Part shown: positions 1 through 8,042 of the stretch, piece by piece
How positions within the stretch are numbered: the stretch's first letter is position 1
Layout of the letters: every line of letters begins with the position of its first letter
DNA from: Fidelibacterota bacterium
GTDB lineage: Bacteria > Fidelibacterota > UBA2242
Assembly (NCBI GenBank): GCA_049975265.1
Contig: JBNGDF010000033.1
Span: 1-22,130 of the forward strand
Reading direction: 5' to 3'
DNA: 22,130 nt
The notes under the pieces: generated by a model
Seen by the model: only the letters and a program-made list of their open reading frames with translations
The model's database searches: none
Told to the model about the DNA's origin: nothing
Position numbers and translations under genes: made by a program

Positions 1-52
1 GGAAAAATAAAAATTTTCTCTGTGTACTCTGTGCCTCTGTGGCAAAAAGGAA
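1..52. repeat. 52-bp direct repeat, copy 1 (may extend beyond the window's left edge)
   Basis: GGAAAAATAAAAATTTTCTCTGTGTACTCTGTGCCTCTGTGGCAAAAAGGAA, identical to 449..500. Contains CTCTGTG at 18-24, 27-33 and 35-41. Confidence 0.95.
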
Positions 53-57
53 TTTAA

Positions 58-426
58 ATGGAATTGAATAAACTTACTGAAAAAATTATTGGTTGCTGTA
101 TTGAGGTTCACAAAAACCTCGGTCCGGGATTGCTTGAAACCATATATGAAGCAGCTTTATGTATTGAATTGAAAAATCACGGTCTGAAATTTGAGCGGCA
201 AAAACCTCTTCCTGTCAATTATAAGAATGAGACAATCGGTGAATTCAGAATCGATTTATTGGTCGAGGACGCCGTCGTTTTAGAATTGAAAAGTGTTGAA
301 CGAATGGATCCGCTTTTTGAAGCACAACTCCTTAGTTATATGAAGTTAGGAGAATTTAAATTGGGATTATTGATTAATTTCAATTCACGTTTGATGAAAG
401 AAGGAGTGAAACGATTTATTATTTGA
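58..426 (+). CDS. GxxExxY protein (PD-(D/E)XK nuclease superfamily)
   Basis: 122 aa with VHKNLGPGLLETIYE (GLLETIY = GxxExxY), RIDLLVE...VLELKSV (D...ExK), QLLSY and GLLINFN, the typical family motifs. Confidence 0.93.
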   Translation: MELNKLTEKIIGCCIEVHKNLGPGLLETIYEAALCIELKNHGLKFERQKPLPVNYKNETIGEFRIDLLVEDAVVLELKSVERMDPLFEAQLLSYMKLGEFKLGLLINFNSRLMKEGVKRFII

Positions 427-448
427 ACAGAGATGTTTAGAATATATT

Positions 449-500
449 GGAAAAATAAAAATTTTCTCTGTGTACTCTGTGCCTCTGTGGCAAAAAGGAA
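449..500. repeat. 52-bp direct repeat, copy 2
   Basis: Base-for-base identical to 1..52. Lies between the GxxExxY stop and the ATG at 510. Confidence 0.95.
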
Positions 501-509
501 AGGTTTGAA

Positions 510-1061
510 ATGAATAAGGAAGTACATGAACTTTGGCCTGAGCTGGACTGGATTCAGGATGAAGAATTACGCAGAAAGACAGCCGCGACCTGGGAATTGG
601 CACTTGAGAAGAGCGTTCTAACGCCGGACGATCTCCGGCGGATACCCTTTACGCTGCTCTGCGGTCTCGATCTGAAAGTGACCTTTATGGATCATAAGCG
701 CTCGGTGGTGCAAATCGCAAAAGCGGCGGGCGAAACGATCAATGCCATGTATCACGGCGAATTGACAGTGGACATGGACGTCCTGATTGCCGGAGCGATT
801 CTCTGCGATGTGGGCAAACTGGTGGAGTATGTGCTGGATGACAAGGGGAGCGCCGTGCAGGGCGCTTATGGTAAGTATCTGCGCCACCCCTTCTCCGGAG
901 TCTCCCTGGCGGAGCAGTGTGGTGTTCCACCGGAGGTTTGTCATATCATTGCCGCGCACGCCGGAGAAGGTGATAAGGTGAAGCGCAGCACCGAGGCGTA
1001 TATCGTCCATCATGCGGACTTCATGACCTTTTTACCCTTTAAGGAAAGGCTGATCCTATGA
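510..1061 (+). CDS. HD-domain (HDIG-like) putative phosphohydrolase with variant CD motif
   Basis: HD-fold motif order DHKRSV...GAILCDVGKL...RHPFSG...IIAAHAGE...VHHAD. The stop overlaps the next start (ATGA at 1058-1061). Confidence 0.8.
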   Translation: MNKEVHELWPELDWIQDEELRRKTAATWELALEKSVLTPDDLRRIPFTLLCGLDLKVTFMDHKRSVVQIAKAAGETINAMYHGELTVDMDVLIAGAILCDVGKLVEYVLDDKGSAVQGAYGKYLRHPFSGVSLAEQCGVPPEVCHIIAAHAGEGDKVKRSTEAYIVHHADFMTFLPFKERLIL

Positions 1062-2866
1062 ATCTGATTGAAAAAATTCTGGCGGCGCATGCCGCACCTG
1101 AAACGGTTCACCCCGGCGATATTGTGGATGTGGAAATTGATACCCGGGTCGCCCGGGATTTTGGCGGTGCCAATGTGGTGAAAAATCTGATTGAATACGG
1201 TCTCGAACCCCAAGATGTCTCCAAAACCTTTTTCACCTTTGACTGCAATCCCGGTGGCTCCGATCAGAAGTATGCCGCCAACCAGCATTTTTGTCGTCAA
1301 TACGCCCGGGAAAAGGGGATCAGGGTGTATGACATCAATGCCGGAATCGGGACGCATCTGGCGATTGACAAGGGGCTGATTTGGCCCGGCGGAACCTTTG
1401 TATCCACCGATTCTCATGCCAATATCATGGGTGCTATCGGTGCGTTCGGGCAGGGCATGGGGGATCAGGACATTGCGGCGGTCTGGGCGAGTGGCAAAGC
1501 CTGGTTCAAAGTTCCGCCTTCGGTGAAACTGACCCTCACCGGTAAATGCCCAAATAATGTATCGGCGAAGGATATAGTTCTCAACCTGCTGCATCGCTTT
1601 GGCGCCAACAGTCTTTTAGGGTATTCCGTTGAAATGGCTGGTCCGGCGGCGGATGAACTGACCCTGGATGAGCGCATTACGATTGCCTCCATGGGAACGG
1701 AAATGGGCGCTATTACCCTGCTCTTTACACCCACGACGGCAGTTCTCGCCGAACTGGAGAAGCGCAGCGGGAAACAGTTTCAGCCGGTCAGGGCGGATGC
1801 CGGAGCAGTCTATGAAAAGGAGATTGAGGTGGATATTTCCACCTTTGTCCCAATGGTAGCCAAACCGGGTCATCCCCATGACGATATTGCGATCGAGGCG
1901 GTGAAAAAGACCAAAATCGACTCCGCTTTTATTGGCTGTTGCACCAACGGTCGAATGGAAGATTTGCGGGTGGCTGCCGACATTCTGAAAGGACATACCG
2001 TGGCACCGGGCGTGGTGCTGAAAATTGTCCCGACTACCGATGAAATCTGGCGGCAGGCGTTAGAGGCGGGGCTGATTCGGATATTCAAAGATGCCGGTGC
2101 GCTGGTCTCCAACGCGGGTTGTGCCGGATGTGCCGCCGGTCAGGTGGGACAGAACGGTCCCGGCGAAATCACCCTAAGTACGGGTAACCGCAATTTTGCC
2201 GGAAAACAGGGCAAGGGCAGTGTCTATTTGGCGTCCCCGGCAGTGGTGGCAGCCTCCGCCGTGGCGGGATACATTACGACGCCCGACGATCTGCCGGAAA
2301 AGCCGGCTGCATTTTCACCTCAAGGTTTGCAGCTGGGCGAGAAACGCACCCGGGAGCGACCGGTGTCACCGCCTCTAGAATTGACCGGGCGGGTCTGGCT
2401 GATCCCTATGGATAATATCGATACGGATATGATATTTCACAATCGCTATCTGACGATTACGGATATAGCGGAAATGGGTCGGTATACCTTCGATAATTTG
2501 GCGGGTTATGAAGATTTTGCCAGGAAGGCACAGCCCGGCGATATCATGATGACCGGAAAAAATTTCGGCGCCGGCAGTTCCCGGCAGCAGGCGGTGGACT
2601 GTTTCAAAGCGCTGGGAATTCCGCTTATACTGGCGGAATCCTTCGGCGCTATTTATGAGCGTAATGCTATCAATGCGGCGCTGCCGGTGCTTACCTACGA
2701 TAAAGCCCTGATTGGGGAGCTGGATTTGCAAAATGGAGACACCGTTACCGTCCATCTGCAACATGGCACCATTCAGAACCGGCGCAACCGCAAGACCGCC
2801 AGGATTCAGCCTTTTTCCGAGGTTCAGATGGACATCTACCAGAGAGGTGGTCTTTTAAATCGCTAA
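1058..2866 (+). CDS. Fused large+small subunit 3-isopropylmalate dehydratase/homoaconitase-like [4Fe-4S] enzyme (LeuC-LeuD / HacAB-type fusion)
   Basis: Large subunit motifs: STDSHAN, IGCCTNGRMEDL, GCAGC, STGNRNFAGKQG, YLASP. After a Pro-rich linker (~2280-2380), small subunit motifs: NIDTDMI, GKNFGAGSSRQQA, AESFGAIYERNAIN. Confidence 0.9.
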   Translation: MNLIEKILAAHAAPETVHPGDIVDVEIDTRVARDFGGANVVKNLIEYGLEPQDVSKTFFTFDCNPGGSDQKYAANQHFCRQYAREKGIRVYDINAGIGTHLAIDKGLIWPGGTFVSTDSHANIMGAIGAFGQGMGDQDIAAVWASGKAWFKVPPSVKLTLTGKCPNNVSAKDIVLNLLHRFGANSLLGYSVEMAGPAADELTLDERITIASMGTEMGAITLLFTPTTAVLAELEKRSGKQFQPVRADAGAVYEKEIEVDISTFVPMVAKPGHPHDDIAIEAVKKTKIDSAFIGCCTNGRMEDLRVAADILKGHTVAPGVVLKIVPTTDEIWRQALEAGLIRIFKDAGALVSNAGCAGCAAGQVGQNGPGEITLSTGNRNFAGKQGKGSVYLASPAVVAASAVAGYITTPDDLPEKPAAFSPQGLQLGEKRTRERPVSPPLELTGRVWLIPMDNIDTDMIFHNRYLTITDIAEMGRYTFDNLAGYEDFARKAQPGDIMMTGKNFGAGSSRQQAVDCFKALGIPLILAESFGAIYERNAINAALPVLTYDKALIGELDLQNGDTVTVHLQHGTIQNRRNRKTARIQPFSEVQMDIYQRGGLLNR

Positions 2867-2871
2867 ATGAT

Positions 2872-4032
2872 ATGGGATTTACCGAAAACGAGCTGGCAGA
2901 ATACCGATCGCTTTTTCCCGTTACGCAACACCTTATCTATCTCAATCATGCCAGTACGTCGCCGCTTTCGACGCGAGCCGTGGCGGCAATCCGGCAGTAT
3001 CTGCGGGAGCGCAGTGAACTGCTGGGCGACAACTGGCACCGGATTCGGGAGGAGGCGGAGCAGCTGCGGGAGCTGATCGGTCAGCTGATCAAGACCGACA
3101 GCCGCCGGATTGCCTTTGTGCCCAATACCAACACCGGACTGAATATTGTCGCGGCGGGACTGGATTGGACGGCTGGCGACGAGATTTTGATTCCGGAAGG
3201 GGAATTTCCTGCCAATGTTTACCCCTGGCTGAATCTGGAGCGCCGGGGTGTCCGGATTCGGTTTTTACCGGCACCTGCGGGTGGTTTGGAACCGGAGCGC
3301 TTACGCCGCGCCATTACAACCAAAACCAGACTGCTGGCAATCAGTTCGGTGGAGTTTCTGAGCGGTTACGCTCACGATTTGCAGCGCCTCGGAGAAATCT
3401 GCAGGGAGCGGGATATCTGGTTCGTGGTGGACGGTATTCAGGGCACGGGTGTCATTCCCATGGATGTGACTGATTTTCAGATTGATGCTCTCGCCAATGG
3501 TGGTCATAAATGGCTGATGTGGCTGCAGGGTTTCGGTTTTCTCTATGTTTCCGAGGAGTTGCAGGAGCAGCTCCAACCAGCCTACGGTGGCTGGGTCGGT
3601 GTCCGGCACCCCGACGAATTTTTGCACTATCCCCAGGAACTTTCCGAGACCGCCCGACGTTATGAAACCGGCGGGTACAGCAGTGCGGCGATTCCTGCCG
3701 CGGTTGAAATGCTGAAACTGTTTTTTAAGATCGGAATCGTCAATATTTATGAGCATTTAAAAAAGATAACCAGTATATTTACAGACGGATTGAAAATGCT
3801 GGATTATCGTCTGTTTACCGATGAAGATTTGAATGTACGTTCGGGAATCGTGACCTTTTTCCCGGAGGACCGTTCACAGACTCAGCCGCTGTTTGACTAT
3901 CTGACCGCAAACGGGGTCGTCTTGTCGCAGCGGGAATCCATGTTGCGGATTGCGCCCCATTTTTATAATACGGCGGAGGAAATGAACCGTGTTCTGGAAT
4001 TAATTGATCAATTTAACAATAAAGTGAGGTGA
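2872..4032 (+). CDS. Aminotransferase class V PLP-dependent enzyme
   Basis: YLNHASTSP, EFPAN, VVDGIQ, GGHKW (PLP lysine), RYETG, LRIAPHFYN. Confidence 0.88.
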   Translation: MGFTENELAEYRSLFPVTQHLIYLNHASTSPLSTRAVAAIRQYLRERSELLGDNWHRIREEAEQLRELIGQLIKTDSRRIAFVPNTNTGLNIVAAGLDWTAGDEILIPEGEFPANVYPWLNLERRGVRIRFLPAPAGGLEPERLRRAITTKTRLLAISSVEFLSGYAHDLQRLGEICRERDIWFVVDGIQGTGVIPMDVTDFQIDALANGGHKWLMWLQGFGFLYVSEELQEQLQPAYGGWVGVRHPDEFLHYPQELSETARRYETGGYSSAAIPAAVEMLKLFFKIGIVNIYEHLKKITSIFTDGLKMLDYRLFTDEDLNVRSGIVTFFPEDRSQTQPLFDYLTANGVVLSQRESMLRIAPHFYNTAEEMNRVLELIDQFNNKVR

Positions 4033-4034
4033 TT

Positions 4035-4628
4035 ATGAAAAAGGGATGGCTTGTTTTCATTATTGTGCTGGTCGTTCTGTTGATGATTTACGGTTTTTTC
4101 AAAAATAATTATAATGCGCTGGTGACGCTGGAGGAGACGGTCAATCAAGCCTGGGCGCAGGTCAGCAACCAGTATCAGCGGCGGGCGGACCTGATTCCCA
4201 ATCTGGTGGAGACCGTTAAGGGATATGCGGCGCATGAAAAGGAGACCTTTGCCGCGGTCACGGAAGCCCGGGCGAAGGTCGGTCAGTTGACGGTGACCCC
4301 GGAGGTACTGAACGATCCTGAGGCGTTTGCGAAATTTCAGCAGGTGCAGGGCGAGCTGGGTTCGGTACTATCACGCCTGATGGCGATTTCGGAAAATTAC
4401 CCGCAGCTGAGAGCCAATGAGAATTTTCTGGCACTGCAATCACAGCTGGAGGGTACGGAAAACCGGATCAGCGTGGAACGCAAGCGCTTCAACGAGGCGG
4501 TGCAGCGCTATAATACCCGTATCCGGCGTTTTCCCACCAATCTGCTGGCAAATCTGTATGGCTTTGAGAAAAAACTCTACTTTGAGGCACAGCCCGGCGC
4601 CGAGACTGTTCCGAAAGTGGAATTTTAA
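4035..4628 (+). CDS. lemA: LemA family protein
   Basis: N-terminal TM helix, YQRRADLIPNLVETVKGYAAHE, ENYPQLRANENFLALQSQLEGTENRISVER, FPTNLLA. ATG 4035 follows GAGGTGAT; the track uses GTG 4029. Confidence 0.93.
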   Translation: MKKGWLVFIIVLVVLLMIYGFFKNNYNALVTLEETVNQAWAQVSNQYQRRADLIPNLVETVKGYAAHEKETFAAVTEARAKVGQLTVTPEVLNDPEAFAKFQQVQGELGSVLSRLMAISENYPQLRANENFLALQSQLEGTENRISVERKRFNEAVQRYNTRIRRFPTNLLANLYGFEKKLYFEAQPGAETVPKVEF

Positions 4629-4640
4629 TCCGGCGGCGTG

Positions 4641-5381
4641 ATGAAATTGCGGTTTGGAACTATTGCAGTTTGGATATTGTTGCTCAGCCTGAGTACGGCG
4701 TTGATGGCGTTGGATGTGCCGCCGTTGCGGGCGCGGGTAACCGATCTGACGGGTGTCCTGAGCCCCAGCGAACGCCAGCACATCGAGGAACGGCTCTACC
4801 TTTTTGAACAGCAGACCTCCAATCAGATCGCCGTTTTAATCATCCCGTCGCTGCAGGGCGAGAGTCTGGAGGAGTATTCCATTCGTGTCACCGATCAGTG
4901 GAAATTGGGACAAGGTGACAAGGAGAATGGCGTACTACTTCTGATTGTTACCGAGGAACGCAAAATCCGGATTGAGGTCGGCTATGGTTTGGAGGGTGCG
5001 CTGACCGATTTGATTGCGTCGCAGATTATCCGCAATGATATGGCACCTCATTTCAGGCATGAACGTTATTATGCCGGGATCGCGGCGGGTCTGAACAGTA
5101 TCATGCAGGCGACCCGGAATGAATACAAAGCCGATCCGGAGCAGTCCCGGCGCAGTCCCGGGGAGACCGGCAAATCCTTCGGTTCGCTGATTTTCTACAT
5201 TTTGTTGTTTCTGTTTCTGATGGGCGGCGGGCGCCGGGGACGGCGGGGGCTGTTCTGGGCGCTGCTGGGTGCCAGTATGTTTCGGAGCGGCGGGCGCGGC
5301 GGCTTCGGAGGTGGAGGCTTCGGAGGATTTTCCGGGGGTGGCGGCGGCTTCGGCGGCGGCGGTGCGTCCGGAGGCTGGTAA
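4641..5381 (+). CDS. TPM domain (YgcG-like) membrane protein with Gly-rich tail
   Basis: Signal peptide, RVTDLTGVLS, WKLGQGDKENGVLLLI, RIEVGYGLEGALTD, a TM helix and a GGFSGGGGGFGGGGASGGW tail. Confidence 0.9.
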   Translation: MKLRFGTIAVWILLLSLSTALMALDVPPLRARVTDLTGVLSPSERQHIEERLYLFEQQTSNQIAVLIIPSLQGESLEEYSIRVTDQWKLGQGDKENGVLLLIVTEERKIRIEVGYGLEGALTDLIASQIIRNDMAPHFRHERYYAGIAAGLNSIMQATRNEYKADPEQSRRSPGETGKSFGSLIFYILLFLFLMGGGRRGRRGLFWALLGASMFRSGGRGGFGGGGFGGFSGGGGGFGGGGASGGW

Positions 5382-5418
5382 TTGATTCATTTACATTATA
5401 AAAATAACGAGATTTGAG

Positions 5419-5871
5419 ATGGCACTGATTGATAAATATTTTACCAAAGAAGATTTACGTCAGATTACCGCCGCCTGCAGCACAGCCGAGAAGCAGACGG
5501 CGGGTGAGATTCGGGTCAGCATTTTTAGCAAGCGCCCCCGCAAATTAAGAAAGAAGGGTCTGGAAGAGGTGGCACTGGACGAGTTTTACCGGCTTGGCAT
5601 GGACAAGACCCGGGATAAAACCGGAATTTTGCTGCTGATCATACTAGCGGAGCGGAAGTTCCAGATTCTGGCGGATAGCGGCATCAATACCAAACTGGAC
5701 CAGCAGACCTGGGATGAATTGGCTGAAAAGTTGTCAGAATTTTTTAAAAATGGTCAGTATCTGAAGGGTGTGCAGGATTGCGTCCAGCGCATGGGCGCCA
5801 TTCTCGCCCAGCATTTCCCGATCAAAAGCGATGACACAAACGAACTAAGCAATGAAGTCAGTGTGCAATAG
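5419..5871 (+). CDS. Short TPM domain protein
   Basis: AEKQTAGEIRV, FYRLGMDKTRDKTGILL, ILADSGIN, HFP...DDTNELSNEV. Usual LemA-TPM-TPM context. Confidence 0.85.
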   Translation: MALIDKYFTKEDLRQITAACSTAEKQTAGEIRVSIFSKRPRKLRKKGLEEVALDEFYRLGMDKTRDKTGILLLIILAERKFQILADSGINTKLDQQTWDELAEKLSEFFKNGQYLKGVQDCVQRMGAILAQHFPIKSDDTNELSNEVSVQ

Positions 5872-5899
5872 AATTATCAAAGAGATATGAGGAGGAGAC

Positions 5900-7942
5900 A
5901 TGCGCAACATCACTATTTTCAGACTTGCAGCCGGTCTTGTAGCCGGTCTGCTGCTTGTGTCTGCCTGTCAGCCAAAAACACCCAAGGGTCTTAAAATGGA
6001 GAATCAGGTTCTGCAATCGCTGGTGGACCGGATGGTTGCCAAATTTGGTCGGGAGCACCAGCAGCGCATCGCGACGGGTGTCCGGCAGGTCAGTCAATTC
6101 TGGCAGGAGTGCGACGGTGACACGGCGGCACTGGAAGCCTTTTGCATGGAAAATTTTATGGCGGATGGAGCCGAACGGGATCAGGCTTTCGAGCGTTTGG
6201 AGTCGGCATTCGAGATGCTAAACGGATTGATGGTGGAGCAGGAGAGGGTGTTTCAGTGGCATCTGCAGGTGGATACCGGTCCGGTGATTCCGCTGGATTA
6301 TCTGCTGGCGAATTTCAGTCTGGCGTCCCATGTGGAAGAGGACCTCTACAAGACCAAAATCGCCTTTTTTGTATTGCTGAATTACGATGTCAGAATGCTG
6401 GAAGAAATGATCCAAACCGGTGCCAAATGGTCACGTCGTCAATGGGCGGAAACGCGCCTGGCGCAGCAATTTACCTCCCGGGTACCGGCAGATGCCGCGC
6501 AACGGCGTTATGAAGCCTACCTCAAAGCCGACGATTATATTAGTAATTATAACATTTATATGCACAATCTGCTCGATGCAAAGGATCAGCGGCTTTTTCC
6601 CGAAGGTCTGAAGCTGATTTCGCACTGGGGTCTGCGGGACGAACTGAAAGCCCAGTATGCTGAGGCTGACGGCTTGCCGCGGCAGCAGATGATTTACGAT
6701 GTTATGCGGAAAATTATCCGCCAGGAGATTCCCCGGGTGGTGATAAACAACCCGGAGGTAGTCTGGAATATCGCCACGAACGAGGTCAGCGGTGCTGCCA
6801 GCGATACCAGCCGCGAACCGGATACCCGCTATGAGATGCTAAAAGCGATTTTTCTAGCCGAGAAAGCAGTAGACCCCTACTATCCAATATATCCCACCAA
6901 GATTGACCGGCGTTTCCAGCGGGACCGGGAAATTCCCGAAGAGGCAGTGGAGCAACTTTTCAGCAAGCTGCTGTCCTCGTCGGAATTTCAGAAAACCGGG
7001 AAACTCATTGAAAAACGGTTGGGACGTCCCCTGCAACCCTTTGATATCTGGTACAGCGGTTTTCGAAGTGCGTCCGGATACAGCGAAAAGGAGCTGGACG
7101 AGCTTGTCCGGGCGAAATATCCGACTGTTGCCGCTTTTGAAGCGGATATTCCGAATATTTTGCAGAAACTGGGATTTGAGCAGGAGACAGCTGAATTTAT
7201 CGCTTCAAAGATTGAGGTTGATCCGGCGCGGGGTGCCGGGCATGCCATGGGTGCCGGACGGCGCATTGACAATGCGCATCTGCGTACCCGGGTACCTGAA
7301 GGTGGGATGAATTACAAAGGCTTTAATATTGCGATTCATGAACTGGGTCATAATGTAGAGCAGGTGCTCTCCCTGAATCGGGTGGATCATACGTTGCTGG
7401 AAGGGGTGCCCAATACGGCATTTACAGAGGCTTTCGCTTTTATTTTTCAGAAGCGAGACTTGGAAATTTTAGGGCTTGAATCTGTCGACGAACAGAAGGA
7501 GCATCTGGCGGCTTTAAACCAACTCTGGTCCACGGCGGAAATTGCCGGGGTGGCGTTGGTGGACATGGCAATCTGGCGCTGGATGTATGCCAACCCGGAT
7601 GCCACGCCGGCAGAGCTGAAAACGGCGGTGATTCAGATCGCCCGGGATGTCTGGAATCAGTACTTCTACCCGGTTCTGGGGCATAAGGATGCCCCGATTC
7701 TGGCGATTTACTCGCATATGATTGACGGTGGTATGTATCTGCCCGATTATCCCCTTGGACATATCATTCAGTTTCAGATTGAAGAATATATCAAAGGGAA
7801 AAATTTGGGGCAGGAGATGGAACGCATGTGCGTTCAGGGTTCGATTACCCCCACGCTCTGGATGGAACAGGCGGTTGGTGATAACATCTCGGTGACGCCG
7901 CTGCTGACAGCCGCCAATAAAGCCCTGAAAGCGCTGCGATAA
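5900..7942 (+). CDS. Putative lipoprotein zinc metallopeptidase (gluzincin, M3/M32-like)
   Basis: SD GAGGAGG upstream; lipobox LVSAC (Cys23); HELGH at 7337-7351; downstream FTEAF (candidate third ligand Glu); YSHM...YLPDY. Confidence 0.7.
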   Translation: MRNITIFRLAAGLVAGLLLVSACQPKTPKGLKMENQVLQSLVDRMVAKFGREHQQRIATGVRQVSQFWQECDGDTAALEAFCMENFMADGAERDQAFERLESAFEMLNGLMVEQERVFQWHLQVDTGPVIPLDYLLANFSLASHVEEDLYKTKIAFFVLLNYDVRMLEEMIQTGAKWSRRQWAETRLAQQFTSRVPADAAQRRYEAYLKADDYISNYNIYMHNLLDAKDQRLFPEGLKLISHWGLRDELKAQYAEADGLPRQQMIYDVMRKIIRQEIPRVVINNPEVVWNIATNEVSGAASDTSREPDTRYEMLKAIFLAEKAVDPYYPIYPTKIDRRFQRDREIPEEAVEQLFSKLLSSSEFQKTGKLIEKRLGRPLQPFDIWYSGFRSASGYSEKELDELVRAKYPTVAAFEADIPNILQKLGFEQETAEFIASKIEVDPARGAGHAMGAGRRIDNAHLRTRVPEGGMNYKGFNIAIHELGHNVEQVLSLNRVDHTLLEGVPNTAFTEAFAFIFQKRDLEILGLESVDEQKEHLAALNQLWSTAEIAGVALVDMAIWRWMYANPDATPAELKTAVIQIARDVWNQYFYPVLGHKDAPILAIYSHMIDGGMYLPDYPLGHIIQFQIEEYIKGKNLGQEMERMCVQGSITPTLWMEQAVGDNISVTPLLTAANKALKALR

Positions 7943-7991
7943 TAGCCAGTTGATTAAGAGGACGGATCCATCCGTCTGAATTAGTACTGAT

Positions 7992-8021
7992 AAAAAAGCC
8001 CGATTACAGAATCGGGCTTTT
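7992..8021. terminator. Bidirectional rho-independent terminator
   Basis: AAAAAAGCCCGATT-ACAG-AATCGGGCTTTT hairpin with A/T tracts on both sides, between convergent genes. Confidence 0.85.
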
Positions 8022-8042
8022 ATCGTTTAAGCTGGATTTGAG

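Noticed and set aside
1..500. Direct repeats as a CRISPR array
   Set aside because: Only two copies, 52 bp long, separated by a 396-bp gene-containing segment; no cas genes.
336..603. Minus-strand ORFs 336..527 and 385..603 (ATEAQSTQR / HRGTEYTE)
   Set aside because: They are translations of the reverse complement of the CTCTGTG repeat and overlap two well-supported plus-strand genes.
3715..3835. AT-rich patch inside the aminotransferase gene as an insertion or internal promoter
   Set aside because: The frame stays open with plausible helical sequence, and I found no convincing boundaries or promoter consensus.
5285..5381. GGCGGCTTCGG-type tandem repeats
   Set aside because: They simply encode the ordinary Gly-rich tail of TPM/YgcG proteins.
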